DNA from: an uncultured Candidatus Saccharibacteria bacterium
GTDB lineage: Bacteria; Patescibacteriota; Minisyncoccia; Phycocordibacterales; UBA9973
Assembly: GCA_964482735.1 (NCBI GenBank)
Contig: CAYZYV010000001.1
Location: 80,172 to 144,171, forward strand
DNA: 64,000 nucleotides
Direction: 5' to 3'
Below, in pieces: positions 7,172-17,168 of this stretch (the first letter of the stretch is position 1; every line of letters starts with the position of its first letter). The translations under genes and the position numbers were made by a program. Below the pieces are notes generated by a model. The model saw only the letters and a list, made by a program, of their open reading frames with translations, did not search any database and was not told the DNA's origin.

Positions 7172-8539
7172 ATGGAAACAGAGAAGCCTAAAATTTTTGT
7201 ACTAGACACGAATGTTCTACTACATGATTCTTTATCTATCTTTTCTTTTAAGGAGCATAATGTTTATATCCCCATAGAAGCAATCGAGGAACTCGATAGG
7301 GTTAAAAAGGGAAATGATACATTAAACTACAACTCAAGAGACTCCGCCAGAAACCTTGACGAAAAATTCCCACCAGAAAAACTTTTCGACGGTGGAGCTT
7401 CGTTGGGAGAAGGCCTTGGGTTAATCAGAATTATAATGAGTTTTCCATACAATCCAGAGGTTGAAAAATACTTTTCTCCTCTAGAAGTTAAGAATGGTTA
7501 TTTACAAAAAAATGTAGATCACCATATCATTAATACCGCCTACTGTTTATCTAAAGAAGAAAAAGGTAGCGAGATTATTCTTGTTTCAAAAGACGTAAAT
7601 GTACGATTAAAAGCAAAATCTCTCGGTTTAAGAGCCGAAGATTACAAAGCCGATAAGGTAGTAGATGTTAACTCTTTATACAGAGGGGCTAGAAAAATAA
7701 TAGTTCCTAAGGAAAAAATAGATCAGCTATACAAACTGAAATATTTTGAATTTTCAGGGAAAGAAAGATTGGACCCTAATGAATGTTTAATACTAACAAC
7801 GCACGGGGTAATGGGGGTGAATCAGACAGCACTTGGAATTCACGAGGATGGAATTATAAAATTGGTAACAAAAGATGGAGTTTCTGCTTTTGGAATAAGG
7901 CCTAAAAATTCAGAGCAAGCATTTGCCTTGTCATTCTTATTGAATCCAGCAATAACCCTAGTAACAATTATAGGCAAGGCTGGAACGGGAAAAACAATCC
8001 TTTCTATCGCTGCCGCTCTTGATCAGGCAATGGAAAGAGACGGGGAAGAATTATACGAGGAGGTATTATTCACAAGGCAAACAATATCACTTTGTGATAA
8101 CGACATCGGTTTTCTTCCCGGAACAGCAAAAGAAAAAGTTAACCCGTATATGCAAGGACTTTATGATAATCTTGGAGTCATAAAAAGCGACACAAAAAAT
8201 ACCAACAAGGTACAAAGATTGCAAGATGAAGGAAAAATAATAATTGAACCACTTTCTCTGATAAGAGGAAGGAGTTTAGCAAAAAAATTTTTCATCATAG
8301 ATGAGGCACAAAATCTTACACCTGGTGAAATAAAAGCAATAATCACTAGGGCCGGAGAAGGAACAAAAATAGTCCTTATTGGGGATATTTCTCAAACTGA
8401 CACTCCCCTATTAGATGAAAGATCCAACGGCCTTAGTGTTCTAATAGAAAAAATGCGTGGACAAGATTTTTATGCTCATGCCGTCTTAAAAAAGGGCGAG
8501 CGAAGCCATATGTCCGAAGTCGCGGGAAATCTTCTCTAG
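7172..8539 (+). CDS. PhoH-like ATPase with N-terminal PIN domain (PhoH2/YlaK type)
   Basis: N-terminal PIN-like acidic residues (VLDTNVLL). C-terminal PhoH P-loop GKAGTGKT and Walker B IIDEAQNL. Confidence 0.8.
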   Translation: METEKPKIFVLDTNVLLHDSLSIFSFKEHNVYIPIEAIEELDRVKKGNDTLNYNSRDSARNLDEKFPPEKLFDGGASLGEGLGLIRIIMSFPYNPEVEKYFSPLEVKNGYLQKNVDHHIINTAYCLSKEEKGSEIILVSKDVNVRLKAKSLGLRAEDYKADKVVDVNSLYRGARKIIVPKEKIDQLYKLKYFEFSGKERLDPNECLILTTHGVMGVNQTALGIHEDGIIKLVTKDGVSAFGIRPKNSEQAFALSFLLNPAITLVTIIGKAGTGKTILSIAAALDQAMERDGEELYEEVLFTRQTISLCDNDIGFLPGTAKEKVNPYMQGLYDNLGVIKSDTKNTNKVQRLQDEGKIIIEPLSLIRGRSLAKKFFIIDEAQNLTPGEIKAIITRAGEGTKIVLIGDISQTDTPLLDERSNGLSVLIEKMRGQDFYAHAVLKKGERSHMSEVAGNLL

Positions 8540-8588
8540 TTTTTAAAAACATAAAAAGGGCTGACATCTGTCAGCCTCTTTTTTTATT

Positions 8589-9200
8589 TTATATTACCTC
8601 CAATTCTTCAAAAAAGTTTTCGTACATCTTTATAGCCCTCCTTGCTTCATTTTGATTGAAAGCAAAATCAGAGCCTTCGTGAGCTATTTGATTTCTAATC
8701 AAATGAGCCTTCCATGCGTCATCAACATATTGCACCCCTCCACCTTGTGCATCTTTTAATAATTCACTTAAACTTTCTCCTACAAAATTCTTATCGCGCA
8801 AAAATTCTTCCATCATAGTATCTGCTTCTATTACAGCAACTCTCCAATCTGAAGGATTTAAACTTTCTACCAAACTTAAAACATAGTGCCATCTAGGGTC
8901 TGCACTTTTTTCCTTTTGTTTTTTCTTGTACAACGCATCAGCAATAGCTTGATCTATTCGTTCTCTTTCATCCTGTCTTAATTCTCTGGTCCTAATTAAC
9001 GTATATGTAATAATTGCAATACAAAAAACAGATAACAATCCAGATATTAAACCTATTAAATCCCAAGTTTCTCCGTCTAGAACATAAGACAATATCAGGT
9101 TTAACCATTCCCTGACCTGGCTGAAAATATACTCTATGTTTAGATAGTGTGGTGTAAAAAGAGGCTTCTCTACTACTTGGTTTATTATTTCATTTTGCAT
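8589..9200 (-). CDS. Hypothetical membrane-anchored protein (203 aa)
   Basis: ORF with one TM segment. No motif recognised. Terminator hairpin GGGCTGACATCTGTCAGCC at 8550-8585 separates it from phoH. Confidence 0.35.
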   Translation of the reverse strand: MQNEIINQVVEKPLFTPHYLNIEYIFSQVREWLNLILSYVLDGETWDLIGLISGLLSVFCIAIITYTLIRTRELRQDERERIDQAIADALYKKKQKEKSADPRWHYVLSLVESLNPSDWRVAVIEADTMMEEFLRDKNFVGESLSELLKDAQGGGVQYVDDAWKAHLIRNQIAHEGSDFAFNQNEARRAIKMYENFFEELEVI

Positions 9201-9208
9201 AAAAATTA

Positions 9209-10630
9209 TTAATCACTAATTTCTTTTTCAAAATCCTTACCTATTGTAAACAAAACATCTTCTCTCAAAAATGGTGCTGTAATTTGAAGACTAAATGGAA
9301 GACCTGAATTATTTTTCCCTGCAGGAATAGCTATTGCAGGAAGGTCGGCAAGGTTAGCTGGTGCAGAGAAGATGTCGCTAAGATACATTGAGACTGGATC
9401 ATTCAATTTTTCTCCCAGTTTAAATGGAAGGAAAGGAACAGCTGGAGTTACAAGAGCATCAACTTCTTCAAAAGCTTGATACAAAGAATCTTTAATCATT
9501 TTTCTTACAAACAACGCTTTGTTGTAGTAAGCATCATGATACCCATGAGAAAGCACATACGTTCCCAAAAGAATTCTACGTCGAGCTTCTTTGCCAAAAC
9601 CTTGCCCACGGCTTTTTGTATAAGTTTCAAAAAGATTATCAGCCTTGGCTGAAAGACCATAACGAATACCATCATATCTAGCCAAGTTGCTTGAGACTTC
9701 CGCTGGCATAATTATATAATAAACGGCCAAAGAATATTTTAGAATGGGTAGATCAATATCAATAATTTCATACCCCGCTTTCTTTAGCTTCTCACAGTTC
9801 TGATTAAAATTATCTAGAACTTCCTTGTCCAAACCTTCTCCTGTTAAAAATTCTCTAGGTACTCCAATCCTTTTTTTAAGTGTTTTGTTTTTTATTTCTC
9901 TCTTTTCATCTTTAATTGAAGTGCTATCTTTTTTGTCATATTTAGATATGGCATTAAAAATAATTTCAACATCTTTGACAGTTCTACCCATTGGCCCCAC
10001 TTGATCAAGAGAACTCCCCATAGCTATTATTCCAGACCTCGAAACTGCTCCATATGTTGGTTTTAGCCCTACAAGCCCCGTAAATGCCGCTGGTTGCCTT
10101 ACAGAACCACAGGTCTCCGTTCCTAGGGCGATAAGAGCCATATCACCAGCAACCGCTGATGCTGAGCCCCCTGATGAACCACCTGGAACACAGGACTCAT
10201 CTAATGGATTTCTGGTTACTCCGAAAGCACTAGTTTCTGTTGAAGAACCCATAGCAAATTCATCCATATTTGTTCTTCCTAGTATTATGACACCTTGTTC
10301 TTTTAGTTTTTCTATCACAAAAGAATCATATGTTGCAACATAATTTTCTAGAATTTTAGAAGCAGCCGATGCTTTATGACCTTCACAAAGAATGTTGTCT
10401 TTGATTGCCATAGGAATACCAGTTAGCAAAGTGTCCTTCCCTTCTTTGAACATGTCTTCTGCTATTTTAATTGACGCCTCTAAATCATTAAAAATTTCAA
10501 GATAAGCATTTATAGTAGAATTTTTCGTTTTAATATTATCTAAATAAAAATCAACTAAATCTCGAACAGTAATTTCTTTATTCTTTAATAATTCGTGAGC
10601 TTTTTCAATTGTAAGATTTTTTAGATCCAT
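9209..10630 (-). CDS. gatA: Glutamyl-tRNA(Gln) amidotransferase subunit A
   Basis: Amidase signature GGSSGGSASAVA with the Ser-cisSer-Lys context. Start trimmed to MDLKNLTIEKAHELL, because the upstream 43 codons of the listed ORF cross a tandem repeat. Confidence 0.85.
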   Translation of the reverse strand: MDLKNLTIEKAHELLKNKEITVRDLVDFYLDNIKTKNSTINAYLEIFNDLEASIKIAEDMFKEGKDTLLTGIPMAIKDNILCEGHKASAASKILENYVATYDSFVIEKLKEQGVIILGRTNMDEFAMGSSTETSAFGVTRNPLDESCVPGGSSGGSASAVAGDMALIALGTETCGSVRQPAAFTGLVGLKPTYGAVSRSGIIAMGSSLDQVGPMGRTVKDVEIIFNAISKYDKKDSTSIKDEKREIKNKTLKKRIGVPREFLTGEGLDKEVLDNFNQNCEKLKKAGYEIIDIDLPILKYSLAVYYIIMPAEVSSNLARYDGIRYGLSAKADNLFETYTKSRGQGFGKEARRRILLGTYVLSHGYHDAYYNKALFVRKMIKDSLYQAFEEVDALVTPAVPFLPFKLGEKLNDPVSMYLSDIFSAPANLADLPAIAIPAGKNNSGLPFSLQITAPFLREDVLFTIGKDFEKEISD

Positions 10631-10680
10631 CTTTTTGTATTTTGTTTTATCTATTATTTTTCTTTTTAAAGATTTAACGC

Positions 10681-10792
10681 TCCTTCTCCATTCCTTATTC
10701 GTGTCATTCGTTCCCGTTCGTGGATTTGCGTCGTGTTTGCCTCCTTCTATTCGTGTCATTCGTTCTCATTCGTGTATTTGTGTCGTGTTTGC
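10681..10792. repeat. 2 x ~52-bp tandem repeat in the gatC-gatA spacer
   Basis: CTCCTTCTATTCGTGTCATTCGTTCYCRTTCGTGKATTTGYGTCGTGTTTGC appears twice, and each unit contains TTCGTG sub-repeats. Confidence 0.55.
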
Positions 10793-10795
10793 ATT

Positions 10796-11086
10796 TTACA
10801 TTATCTTTTTAACTTTTATAAACCCATCTTCTGTTTCTGGTGCATTCGAAAGAATTTTATCAGTATTTTCTTTTGAGTTATTGGTGACCACATCTTCTCT
10901 CATAACATTTCTCGTAAAATAATCATCTTTATTTTTTACCTCATCTGTCATTTCTCCAGAAACCTCCTGAACTTGTCCTACATAGGCCAAAATAGACTGG
11001 AAGTCTTTTGCAATACCTTCCATTTCTTCTTCGCTCATATCTATACGTGCCAAATCGGCAAGTTTTTTGATTTCTTTACTATCCAT
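10796..11086 (-). CDS. gatC: Asp/Glu-tRNA amidotransferase subunit C
   Basis: 96 aa. MDSKEIKKLADLARIDMSEEEMEGIAKDFQSILAYV matches the GatC N-terminal pattern. Sits directly upstream of gatA. Confidence 0.7.
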   Translation of the reverse strand: MDSKEIKKLADLARIDMSEEEMEGIAKDFQSILAYVGQVQEVSGEMTDEVKNKDDYFTRNVMREDVVTNNSKENTDKILSNAPETEDGFIKVKKIM

Positions 11087-11123
11087 ATATTAAAGAATAG
11101 CATATTTTAAGGTGATTTAAAAC

Positions 11124-13310
11124 TTAACCTTGTATCATTTTTAAAAACTCTTGTTCGGAGATTGTTTTTATTTTTAGTTTCTCTGCTTCTTTTATTTTAC
11201 TTCCTGGGTTCTCTCCTGCTAAAACATACGAAGTGTTAGAAGAAACTGTTCCGGAAACCTTTCCGCCATTTTCTATTATTTTCTTCTTCGCCTCCTCTCT
11301 TGATAAAGTAGGCAATGTTCCAGTCAATACAAAAGTTTTTCCTGTAAAAACTCCTACTTTTTTCTTCTCAGTAATTATTTCTACTCCATTTTCTTTTAAT
11401 TTTTCTATGAAATGTAGGTTGTTTTTGTCTTTGAAAAATTCATATATACTTTTTGAAACTACAGGACCAATGTTTTCTATGCTATTTATTTCTTCTTCTT
11501 TAGCTTCTATTAAATTATCTAAAGTATGAAAGTACTCCGCCAAATCTATAGCTGTTTGTTCCCCTACATGAATAATTCCAAGGGCATAAATAAATCGCCA
11601 AAATGGAACCTTTTTATGTTCTTCGATTGAATTTATTATATTTTCTGCTGATTTATCACCGAATCTTTCTAGACCAGCAAGATCACTTTTTTCGAGGGTA
11701 AATAAATCAGTCGCATCACTGATAAGTCCCTCTTCTTTTAATCTATCCAAAATCTTAGGCCCTATTTCATAAATTTCAAAAACATTCACAAAGTGTTGCA
11801 AACCTCGCCTGTTTCGAGCTGGACAATTTTTATTTGTACAATAAAAAGCTACAGAATTTTTAGCTGGTGAAAAGTTGTTCGGAGAAAAGACTAGCGAGTC
11901 TCGACGGAGCGAGCTTGCTTGAAAGCAAACTGCTTTGCTTTCAAGGTGCTCACGAAGTGATGTGCCGATGTCTTTAGACAGGCACAAACGGGCATTTTTC
12001 GAGTGAATTATATCCGTGCTTTTCGAGGAATTACTTAAACCAGCAATCCTATCCACTCTTCCCCCACATACTGGACAAGAACTTGGCATCTCAAAATTCT
12101 TTTCTTTGCCAGAGCGTAAATCTTTCAAGACTTCAACAACTGCTGGTATAACATCACCGGCCTTTTCAATAATGACAGTGTCTCCTATTTTAACGTCCAA
12201 TCTTTTAATCTGATCGTAATTGTGCAAAGTAGCTTTAGAGACAGTTGATCCAGCTACCAAAGTTGGTTCAAAATGTGCCACAGGTGTTAGAACCCCAGTT
12301 CTACCAACATTAACTGAAATACTCTTAAGTACGGTTGCTGCTTGTTCAGCTTTGTATTTATAGGCAACTTTGAATCTTGGAGCCTTACCTACGATACCGA
12401 GAGTTTCTTGAGTTTTTAAATCTTCTATCGAAATAACTATGCCATCTGTTCCAAAAGGTAAACTTTCTCTAACCTTCTCAACTTCGTTTATAAAATCAAA
12501 AGCCTCGTTTAATACTCCAACTTTTTTAACATATTTATGAGTCAAAAATCCCCACTCTTTAAAGTATTTTTGCTTTTCAGATTGTGTTTGAATTCCTATA
12601 TTAGAATTAACTATTTCCCAAGGATAAAAGCTAAGTTTTCTTTCTTTAACTAGATTTGGATCAAGCTGTCTAAGACTTCCTGCCGCAGCGTTTCTAGTGT
12701 TAGCAAAAGGAGATTTACCGAGCTTCGCTTGTTCTTCGTTTAATTCTTCTAAAACTTTTTTAAGCATTATAACCTCCCCTCTTATCTCTACTTTATCAGG
12801 ATAATTTCCTTTTAGTTTTAAGGGGATAGCTTCTATCATTTTTAAATTTTCAGTCACATCTTCCCCAATCAATCCATCTCCCCTCGTAGCTCCTCGGACA
12901 AAAACTCCGTTTTTATAAGTTAAAATAGCAGTTAAACCATCTAGCTTTAATTCACAAAAATAATCTGTCTTTTTATTTGTAAGTTTATAAATTCTTTCTT
13001 GCCAATCTTCTACTTCTTCAAAAGAAAAAACATCATTTAGGCTTGTTGCCCTTGATTCATGTTTAACTTTACGAAAAGATTCGAGAGGTTTACCTCCCAC
13101 TCTTTCAAGAGTTGATTTTTCTTCTTTTACATCAGGATATTTTTTCTCTAGCCCCCTTAGTTCCCTAACCAGAGAATCATAAACTTCATCTGAAACAGAC
13201 GGACTATCTTGTTCATGATATTCTTTCTGATATCGAGAGATAAGTTCTCTTAAAAATTTTATCCTCTTTAAATCCTGAGAATAATCTTGTGGTAATTTAA
13301 TCTTTGGCAT
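11124..13310 (-). CDS. ligA: NAD-dependent DNA ligase
   Basis: Adenylation motif ELKLDG, OB domain, Zn finger CPVCG...CTNKNC, HhH and C-terminal BRCT. The Zn finger carries an insertion of about 60 aa; see the repeat at 11878-12032. Confidence 0.9.
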   Translation of the reverse strand: MPKIKLPQDYSQDLKRIKFLRELISRYQKEYHEQDSPSVSDEVYDSLVRELRGLEKKYPDVKEEKSTLERVGGKPLESFRKVKHESRATSLNDVFSFEEVEDWQERIYKLTNKKTDYFCELKLDGLTAILTYKNGVFVRGATRGDGLIGEDVTENLKMIEAIPLKLKGNYPDKVEIRGEVIMLKKVLEELNEEQAKLGKSPFANTRNAAAGSLRQLDPNLVKERKLSFYPWEIVNSNIGIQTQSEKQKYFKEWGFLTHKYVKKVGVLNEAFDFINEVEKVRESLPFGTDGIVISIEDLKTQETLGIVGKAPRFKVAYKYKAEQAATVLKSISVNVGRTGVLTPVAHFEPTLVAGSTVSKATLHNYDQIKRLDVKIGDTVIIEKAGDVIPAVVEVLKDLRSGKEKNFEMPSSCPVCGGRVDRIAGLSNSSKSTDIIHSKNARLCLSKDIGTSLREHLESKAVCFQASSLRRDSLVFSPNNFSPAKNSVAFYCTNKNCPARNRRGLQHFVNVFEIYEIGPKILDRLKEEGLISDATDLFTLEKSDLAGLERFGDKSAENIINSIEEHKKVPFWRFIYALGIIHVGEQTAIDLAEYFHTLDNLIEAKEEEINSIENIGPVVSKSIYEFFKDKNNLHFIEKLKENGVEIITEKKKVGVFTGKTFVLTGTLPTLSREEAKKKIIENGGKVSGTVSSNTSYVLAGENPGSKIKEAEKLKIKTISEQEFLKMIQG
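11878..12032. repeat. GC-rich palindromic mini-element inserted in-frame inside the ligA Zn-finger region
   Basis: Local GC far above the surrounding gene. Perfect 12-bp hairpin CTTGAAAGCAAA-CTGC-TTTGCTTTCAAG. Shares GAGCGAGC, AAACTGCTTTGCT and ATATCCGTGCT with the recG and tmRNA-region elements. Confidence 0.5.
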
Positions 13311-13313
13311 ATT

Positions 13314-13781
13314 TTATTCGTAGACTATTTTAATTTGTCTTTCTACTGTTCTTATATTGTTTTTATTACAGATATTATAACCGTTCGCTATAATAGTAGT
13401 GGAAGGATCATTTTTGGTAGTTTGGATTCGATAACAGGGGTCCTGACTTTCCCCAATATTTCCAGAAGGCTCGATGTCATAACTTCCATCGATATTAGGA
13501 TCTACTGTCATATCAAAACCACCACAATTCCATGAATAACTTTCAAGATTTAGAAAATCTGGAATAGTGTCTTTTATTTCCATATCAAATAACAGCGCAC
13601 AGTCCGAAGCTGTATCTGCCATATAAAATGCAGTTTGAGAATCTCTAGACAAAGAAGAGAGAACTATTTGTTTATAAATTGCATTAGTAATACCAGCCGC
13701 AATAACAGAAATAGCGCTTACTATTATCACAGTAAACAAAATAGCATAACCTTTTTGATTTTGATTAAATGTTTTAAACAT
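13314..13781 (-). CDS. Pilus-associated protein with hydrophobic N-terminus (PilX-like minor pilin candidate)
   Basis: 155 aa with an N-terminal hydrophobic helix and no strict GFTLxE. First gene of the pseudopilin run. Confidence 0.4.
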   Translation of the reverse strand: MFKTFNQNQKGYAILFTVIIVSAISVIAAGITNAIYKQIVLSSLSRDSQTAFYMADTASDCALLFDMEIKDTIPDFLNLESYSWNCGGFDMTVDPNIDGSYDIEPSGNIGESQDPCYRIQTTKNDPSTTIIANGYNICNKNNIRTVERQIKIVYE

Positions 13782-13784
13782 AAG

Positions 13785-14402
13785 TTATTGCCATTTTGAT
13801 AAGGTAGTGGTTAACACTCTCGACTTATTTAAATTACCATTTTTCCAAGATACTTTTGCCGTTACTACCAACTGATCATCCCCCTCACTGACAACGGTTA
13901 ATGTTCTTTTAAAATTTGTTCTAGTCTTTCCAGATATTCCACTTGGATGATTGTTAGTCAAATAGAAAGAGTTACTTGTTGCCGTTTCATCTAGGTATAA
14001 ATATCGACAATCATCACTTGAACAAGTAAAGATATTTGAACCACTAGGCACGTTGACATCTATTGTACATCCCACAGAAGTATTGTTGCATTCGACATTA
14101 GTGTATTTAGTATAAAAATTAGTCCAAGCTGTGTTTATGTCATTTTCTACATTTAAAAAGACGCTGGTGTCCCTATCGTTTCTAACAAAATCAATGGCCT
14201 CTTGTAATAAATAATTTGCAGTAATCTCATCTCTTGCATATTTAGTTGCGAACAAACTATCAGATACCACAGTCATCAAACCAACAACTACAAAAGTCAA
14301 AATAAAAATAGCCGTCAACGCTTCTACCAAAGTAAAGCCACCATTTTTATTTTTAATGTCTTTAATTACCGTTATGTTGTTTTTTATTCTATTTATTATC
14401 AT
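13785..14402 (-). CDS. Prepilin-type minor pilin (pseudopilin)
   Basis: N-terminal class III signal GGFTLVEALTAIFILTFVVV (G-F-T-L-x-E). Confidence 0.6.
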   Translation of the reverse strand: MIINRIKNNITVIKDIKNKNGGFTLVEALTAIFILTFVVVGLMTVVSDSLFATKYARDEITANYLLQEAIDFVRNDRDTSVFLNVENDINTAWTNFYTKYTNVECNNTSVGCTIDVNVPSGSNIFTCSSDDCRYLYLDETATSNSFYLTNNHPSGISGKTRTNFKRTLTVVSEGDDQLVVTAKVSWKNGNLNKSRVLTTTLSKWQ

Positions 14403-14409
14403 AAAATCA

Positions 14410-15006
14410 TTAAAAATTCCTTTGTGATGCCATTGTTTGAATCATAAAAGAAGCTGGTTTGCCTTTAACATCAATCGTCCCTTTTAATAAAATATAAACA
14501 TTAGCTTGAGTTGAGTCATATGGGTTAGATCCTTTTACAAAAAACGTTAATTTATTGATATTAATATCAGAGGAGACAATCTCTATACAATCACTATCTA
14601 ATGTTCCAATACATCTCTGAATAGTATAGCTATCCACCTCTGTATCTCTTTTATGTAATTTATAGCTGACCCTTTCTTCCGAAAGACTGCCGTCATTTAA
14701 TTGTGGGACAAAAGAAAATAAATTCGCCCCCAAAGGACAATCTTGGGTATCAGTTATAAGATCAGGAACTGCGTCACCACAGTAATAATTCACACCCATT
14801 CTTATAGATCTAGTCATACTCTCCATTGCAAAATTAACATTATCCATTGAAAAACGAAGTCCTCGAGAATCCTTAGACGCCCCCATTAAAGCTATGAGTG
14901 ACCCGATAGAAGAAATGACAATTACAACAAAGACGGTTGTTGCCACCATAAGCTCTACTAGAGTGAATCCACCTTCGTTTTTAATTTTATTTTTTATATT
15001 AAACAT
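14410..15006 (-). CDS. Prepilin-type minor pilin (pseudopilin)
   Basis: N-terminal GGFTLVELMVATTVFVVIV. Confidence 0.6.
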   Translation of the reverse strand: MFNIKNKIKNEGGFTLVELMVATTVFVVIVISSIGSLIALMGASKDSRGLRFSMDNVNFAMESMTRSIRMGVNYYCGDAVPDLITDTQDCPLGANLFSFVPQLNDGSLSEERVSYKLHKRDTEVDSYTIQRCIGTLDSDCIEIVSSDININKLTFFVKGSNPYDSTQANVYILLKGTIDVKGKPASFMIQTMASQRNF

Positions 15007-15007
15007 A

Positions 15008-15694
15008 TTATTCTGATACGCTTATTTGCCCACTATTTGAGATCCGAATAGTTCTGATAGTCTCAACCCCTCCTGCAGTATTTTTAACATCTATTTTTAC
15101 ATAAACTACGTCTTCCATACCTATAGAGCAATAACCACTTAATGGATTTTCTTTGTAACAAAAAAACGGCTCTGGGTTAGGTCTATAAAAAACAATATCT
15201 AAGGCATCATCTCCGACCAAAGTACCTATCTCAGAATCACTGGCTCCATATATTTTTATACTTGATATTTCATCTGAACTTAATATCTTTAAAATTTCTA
15301 TACATTCATCTCCGTCGATTGGATCACCACATCCATTATAAGCTCCGTAATCATATCCATAGTTTTTATCACCCATTTCAGCAAACACCACAAACGATTT
15401 ATTGGAACTTTTATATTCATCTCCTGAAACTAGAGGGTTTATACTGAATCTAACTCCATAACCTCCAAGAAAAACATCATTTACCCCCCTAACCCCAATT
15501 GCGTAGCTTTGAGCCTTTCTGATAGAAAGTGCTATGTCATCAACTAAATTTTGAGTCGACATTGATGAATTAAATTGCCCATAGTTAAAAACAGTAACAG
15601 TACTAATCACCACAAAGATACTTATAACCACCATCATTTCTAAGAGGGTTGCACCTTTTGTGTATTTATTTTTGTTACCAAATTTAAACATCAA
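15008..15694 (-). CDS. Prepilin-type minor pilin candidate
   Basis: N-terminal KGATLLEMMVVISIFVVIS, a degenerate GxTLxE prepilin motif. Confidence 0.5.
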   Translation of the reverse strand: MMFKFGNKNKYTKGATLLEMMVVISIFVVISTVTVFNYGQFNSSMSTQNLVDDIALSIRKAQSYAIGVRGVNDVFLGGYGVRFSINPLVSGDEYKSSNKSFVVFAEMGDKNYGYDYGAYNGCGDPIDGDECIEILKILSSDEISSIKIYGASDSEIGTLVGDDALDIVFYRPNPEPFFCYKENPLSGYCSIGMEDVVYVKIDVKNTAGGVETIRTIRISNSGQISVSE

Positions 15695-15697
15695 AAA

Positions 15698-16513
15698 TTA
15701 AAAGGTAAAAATGTTAATTAAGGTATTAAAATTAAATCCAAAAAGAAAAGTGATTAGAATTCCAAGAATAAGAAATGGGGCAAAAGGAATTTCTGTTTTA
15801 AACCCAACTTTCTTTTTATTAAATATCATCATAGCTAGGCCTACAATAGCCCCTATCCAAAATGCAAGAATAACTGCAAATACCCCACCAGATAATCCAA
15901 GCATCCAACCTATCCCTATCATTAATTTTACATCCCCAAACCCCATCAATCTTCCTTTAGAAAATAGCCAGATTAAAACAAATGGTAATGCAATAATTGG
16001 ACCTGCAAAAATGTCTAGGAGTGCTGCCCAAGAAAAGATATTTCCAAATAGTAATAGATTTGAAATTGTTACCAAGAAAGATAGAAAGATAAACGGAAAT
16101 ACTGTTTTATTTGGGATAATTTTATGTCTCAAGTCATACACAAACATAACTATCAACAATGAAAATAGAATTAAATAGATAGAGGCATACCCGACATATA
16201 ACCAATAAGAAAAGAATAGGAATGGAATAAACTTAACAGAAACTGATAAGAATATTAATCCTGTTAGTATTTCAACTATTGGATATTGAGGAGAAATACG
16301 ACTTTTACATTTTCTGCACCTGCAACCTTGAATAAAATAAGATATCACAGGAATAAGTTCGAACCATCTCAATTTATGCCCACAAGTCATACACATAGAA
16401 CTGTCATTAACAATTTTTCGCCCCGAGTTAAGACGATAAATGACTACGTTAAGAAAACTCCCTATAATCGTTCCTAAAATAAATATAAAAATTAAAATAA
16501 GTATTGGTGTCAT
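15698..16513 (-). CDS. pilD: Prepilin peptidase (A24 family)
   Basis: Polytopic membrane protein with a cytoplasmic Zn tetracysteine (CMTCGH...CRCRKC). Conserved Asp-containing MGFGDVKLM motif. Confidence 0.85.
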   Translation of the reverse strand: MTPILILIFIFILGTIIGSFLNVVIYRLNSGRKIVNDSSMCMTCGHKLRWFELIPVISYFIQGCRCRKCKSRISPQYPIVEILTGLIFLSVSVKFIPFLFFSYWLYVGYASIYLILFSLLIVMFVYDLRHKIIPNKTVFPFIFLSFLVTISNLLLFGNIFSWAALLDIFAGPIIALPFVLIWLFSKGRLMGFGDVKLMIGIGWMLGLSGGVFAVILAFWIGAIVGLAMMIFNKKKVGFKTEIPFAPFLILGILITFLFGFNFNTLINIFTF

Positions 16514-16590
16514 ATGCTTTTATTATACCACCTTGTCCCCTAAAAACAAAAACAACCCGAGCAGGGTTGTTTTTAAGACACGTCTTAAAG

Positions 16591-17049
16591 CTAGCAGGTT
16601 GCATCTCCAGAAGCCAAAGTATTTCCTGTTGTTTGTTTTGAAGCCCCCGTTGAATCTACACACCAAGAATTAGAGCTGCTTGTTTTTAAAGGCATAGAAA
16701 CTGCCCACGCAGCACCACCTGTGGTAACTGAGCATACCCCAGTAGATGAACCACTCGCTGATTCTGCTGAAGCAAAAGCACTCCTAATAGTTGCATCTGT
16801 GAACACCCCCGTTCCAGCTGTATCACAAGTCCCATCTGCACTATAATACAATGCAGAACCATAGTTATTGTTTGTATCGTAATACATTTCTGCTTGAGCT
16901 CTCATGTTCGATAAGTTATTTTTAATCGCAGCATCTGCTCCTTTGTTTCTAGCACTATTTAATGATGCTAAAACAACAGATGACAAGATACCAATGATCG
17001 CAATAACAACCAACAATTCGATCAATGTAAAACCTTTGTTTTTGTTCAT
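16591..17049 (-). CDS. Type IV major pilin, paralog 1
   Basis: MNKNKGFTLIELLVVIAIIGILSSVVLASLNSARNKGADAAIKNNL: prepilin leader and N-methyl-Phe motif. Terminator AACAACCCTGCTCGGGTTGTT at 16546-16580. Confidence 0.8.
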   Translation of the reverse strand: MNKNKGFTLIELLVVIAIIGILSSVVLASLNSARNKGADAAIKNNLSNMRAQAEMYYDTNNNYGSALYYSADGTCDTAGTGVFTDATIRSAFASAESASGSSTGVCSVTTGGAAWAVSMPLKTSSSNSWCVDSTGASKQTTGNTLASGDATC

Positions 17050-17168
17050 ATTTATATAAAAATTGAATTCAATTTAACGACCATAGTAATATGTTATATT
17101 ATATCATTCTTTGTATATAAAAAGCAAAATACCCAAGCTTTTAACTTGAGTATTTTTATTCCTAACTA

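Noticed and set aside
10631-10759. Long N-terminal extension of GatA (MTRIEGGKHDANPRTG...)
   Set aside because: Reads through the 52-bp tandem repeat and shows no conservation with GatA. The conserved protein begins at MDLKNLTIEKAHELL.
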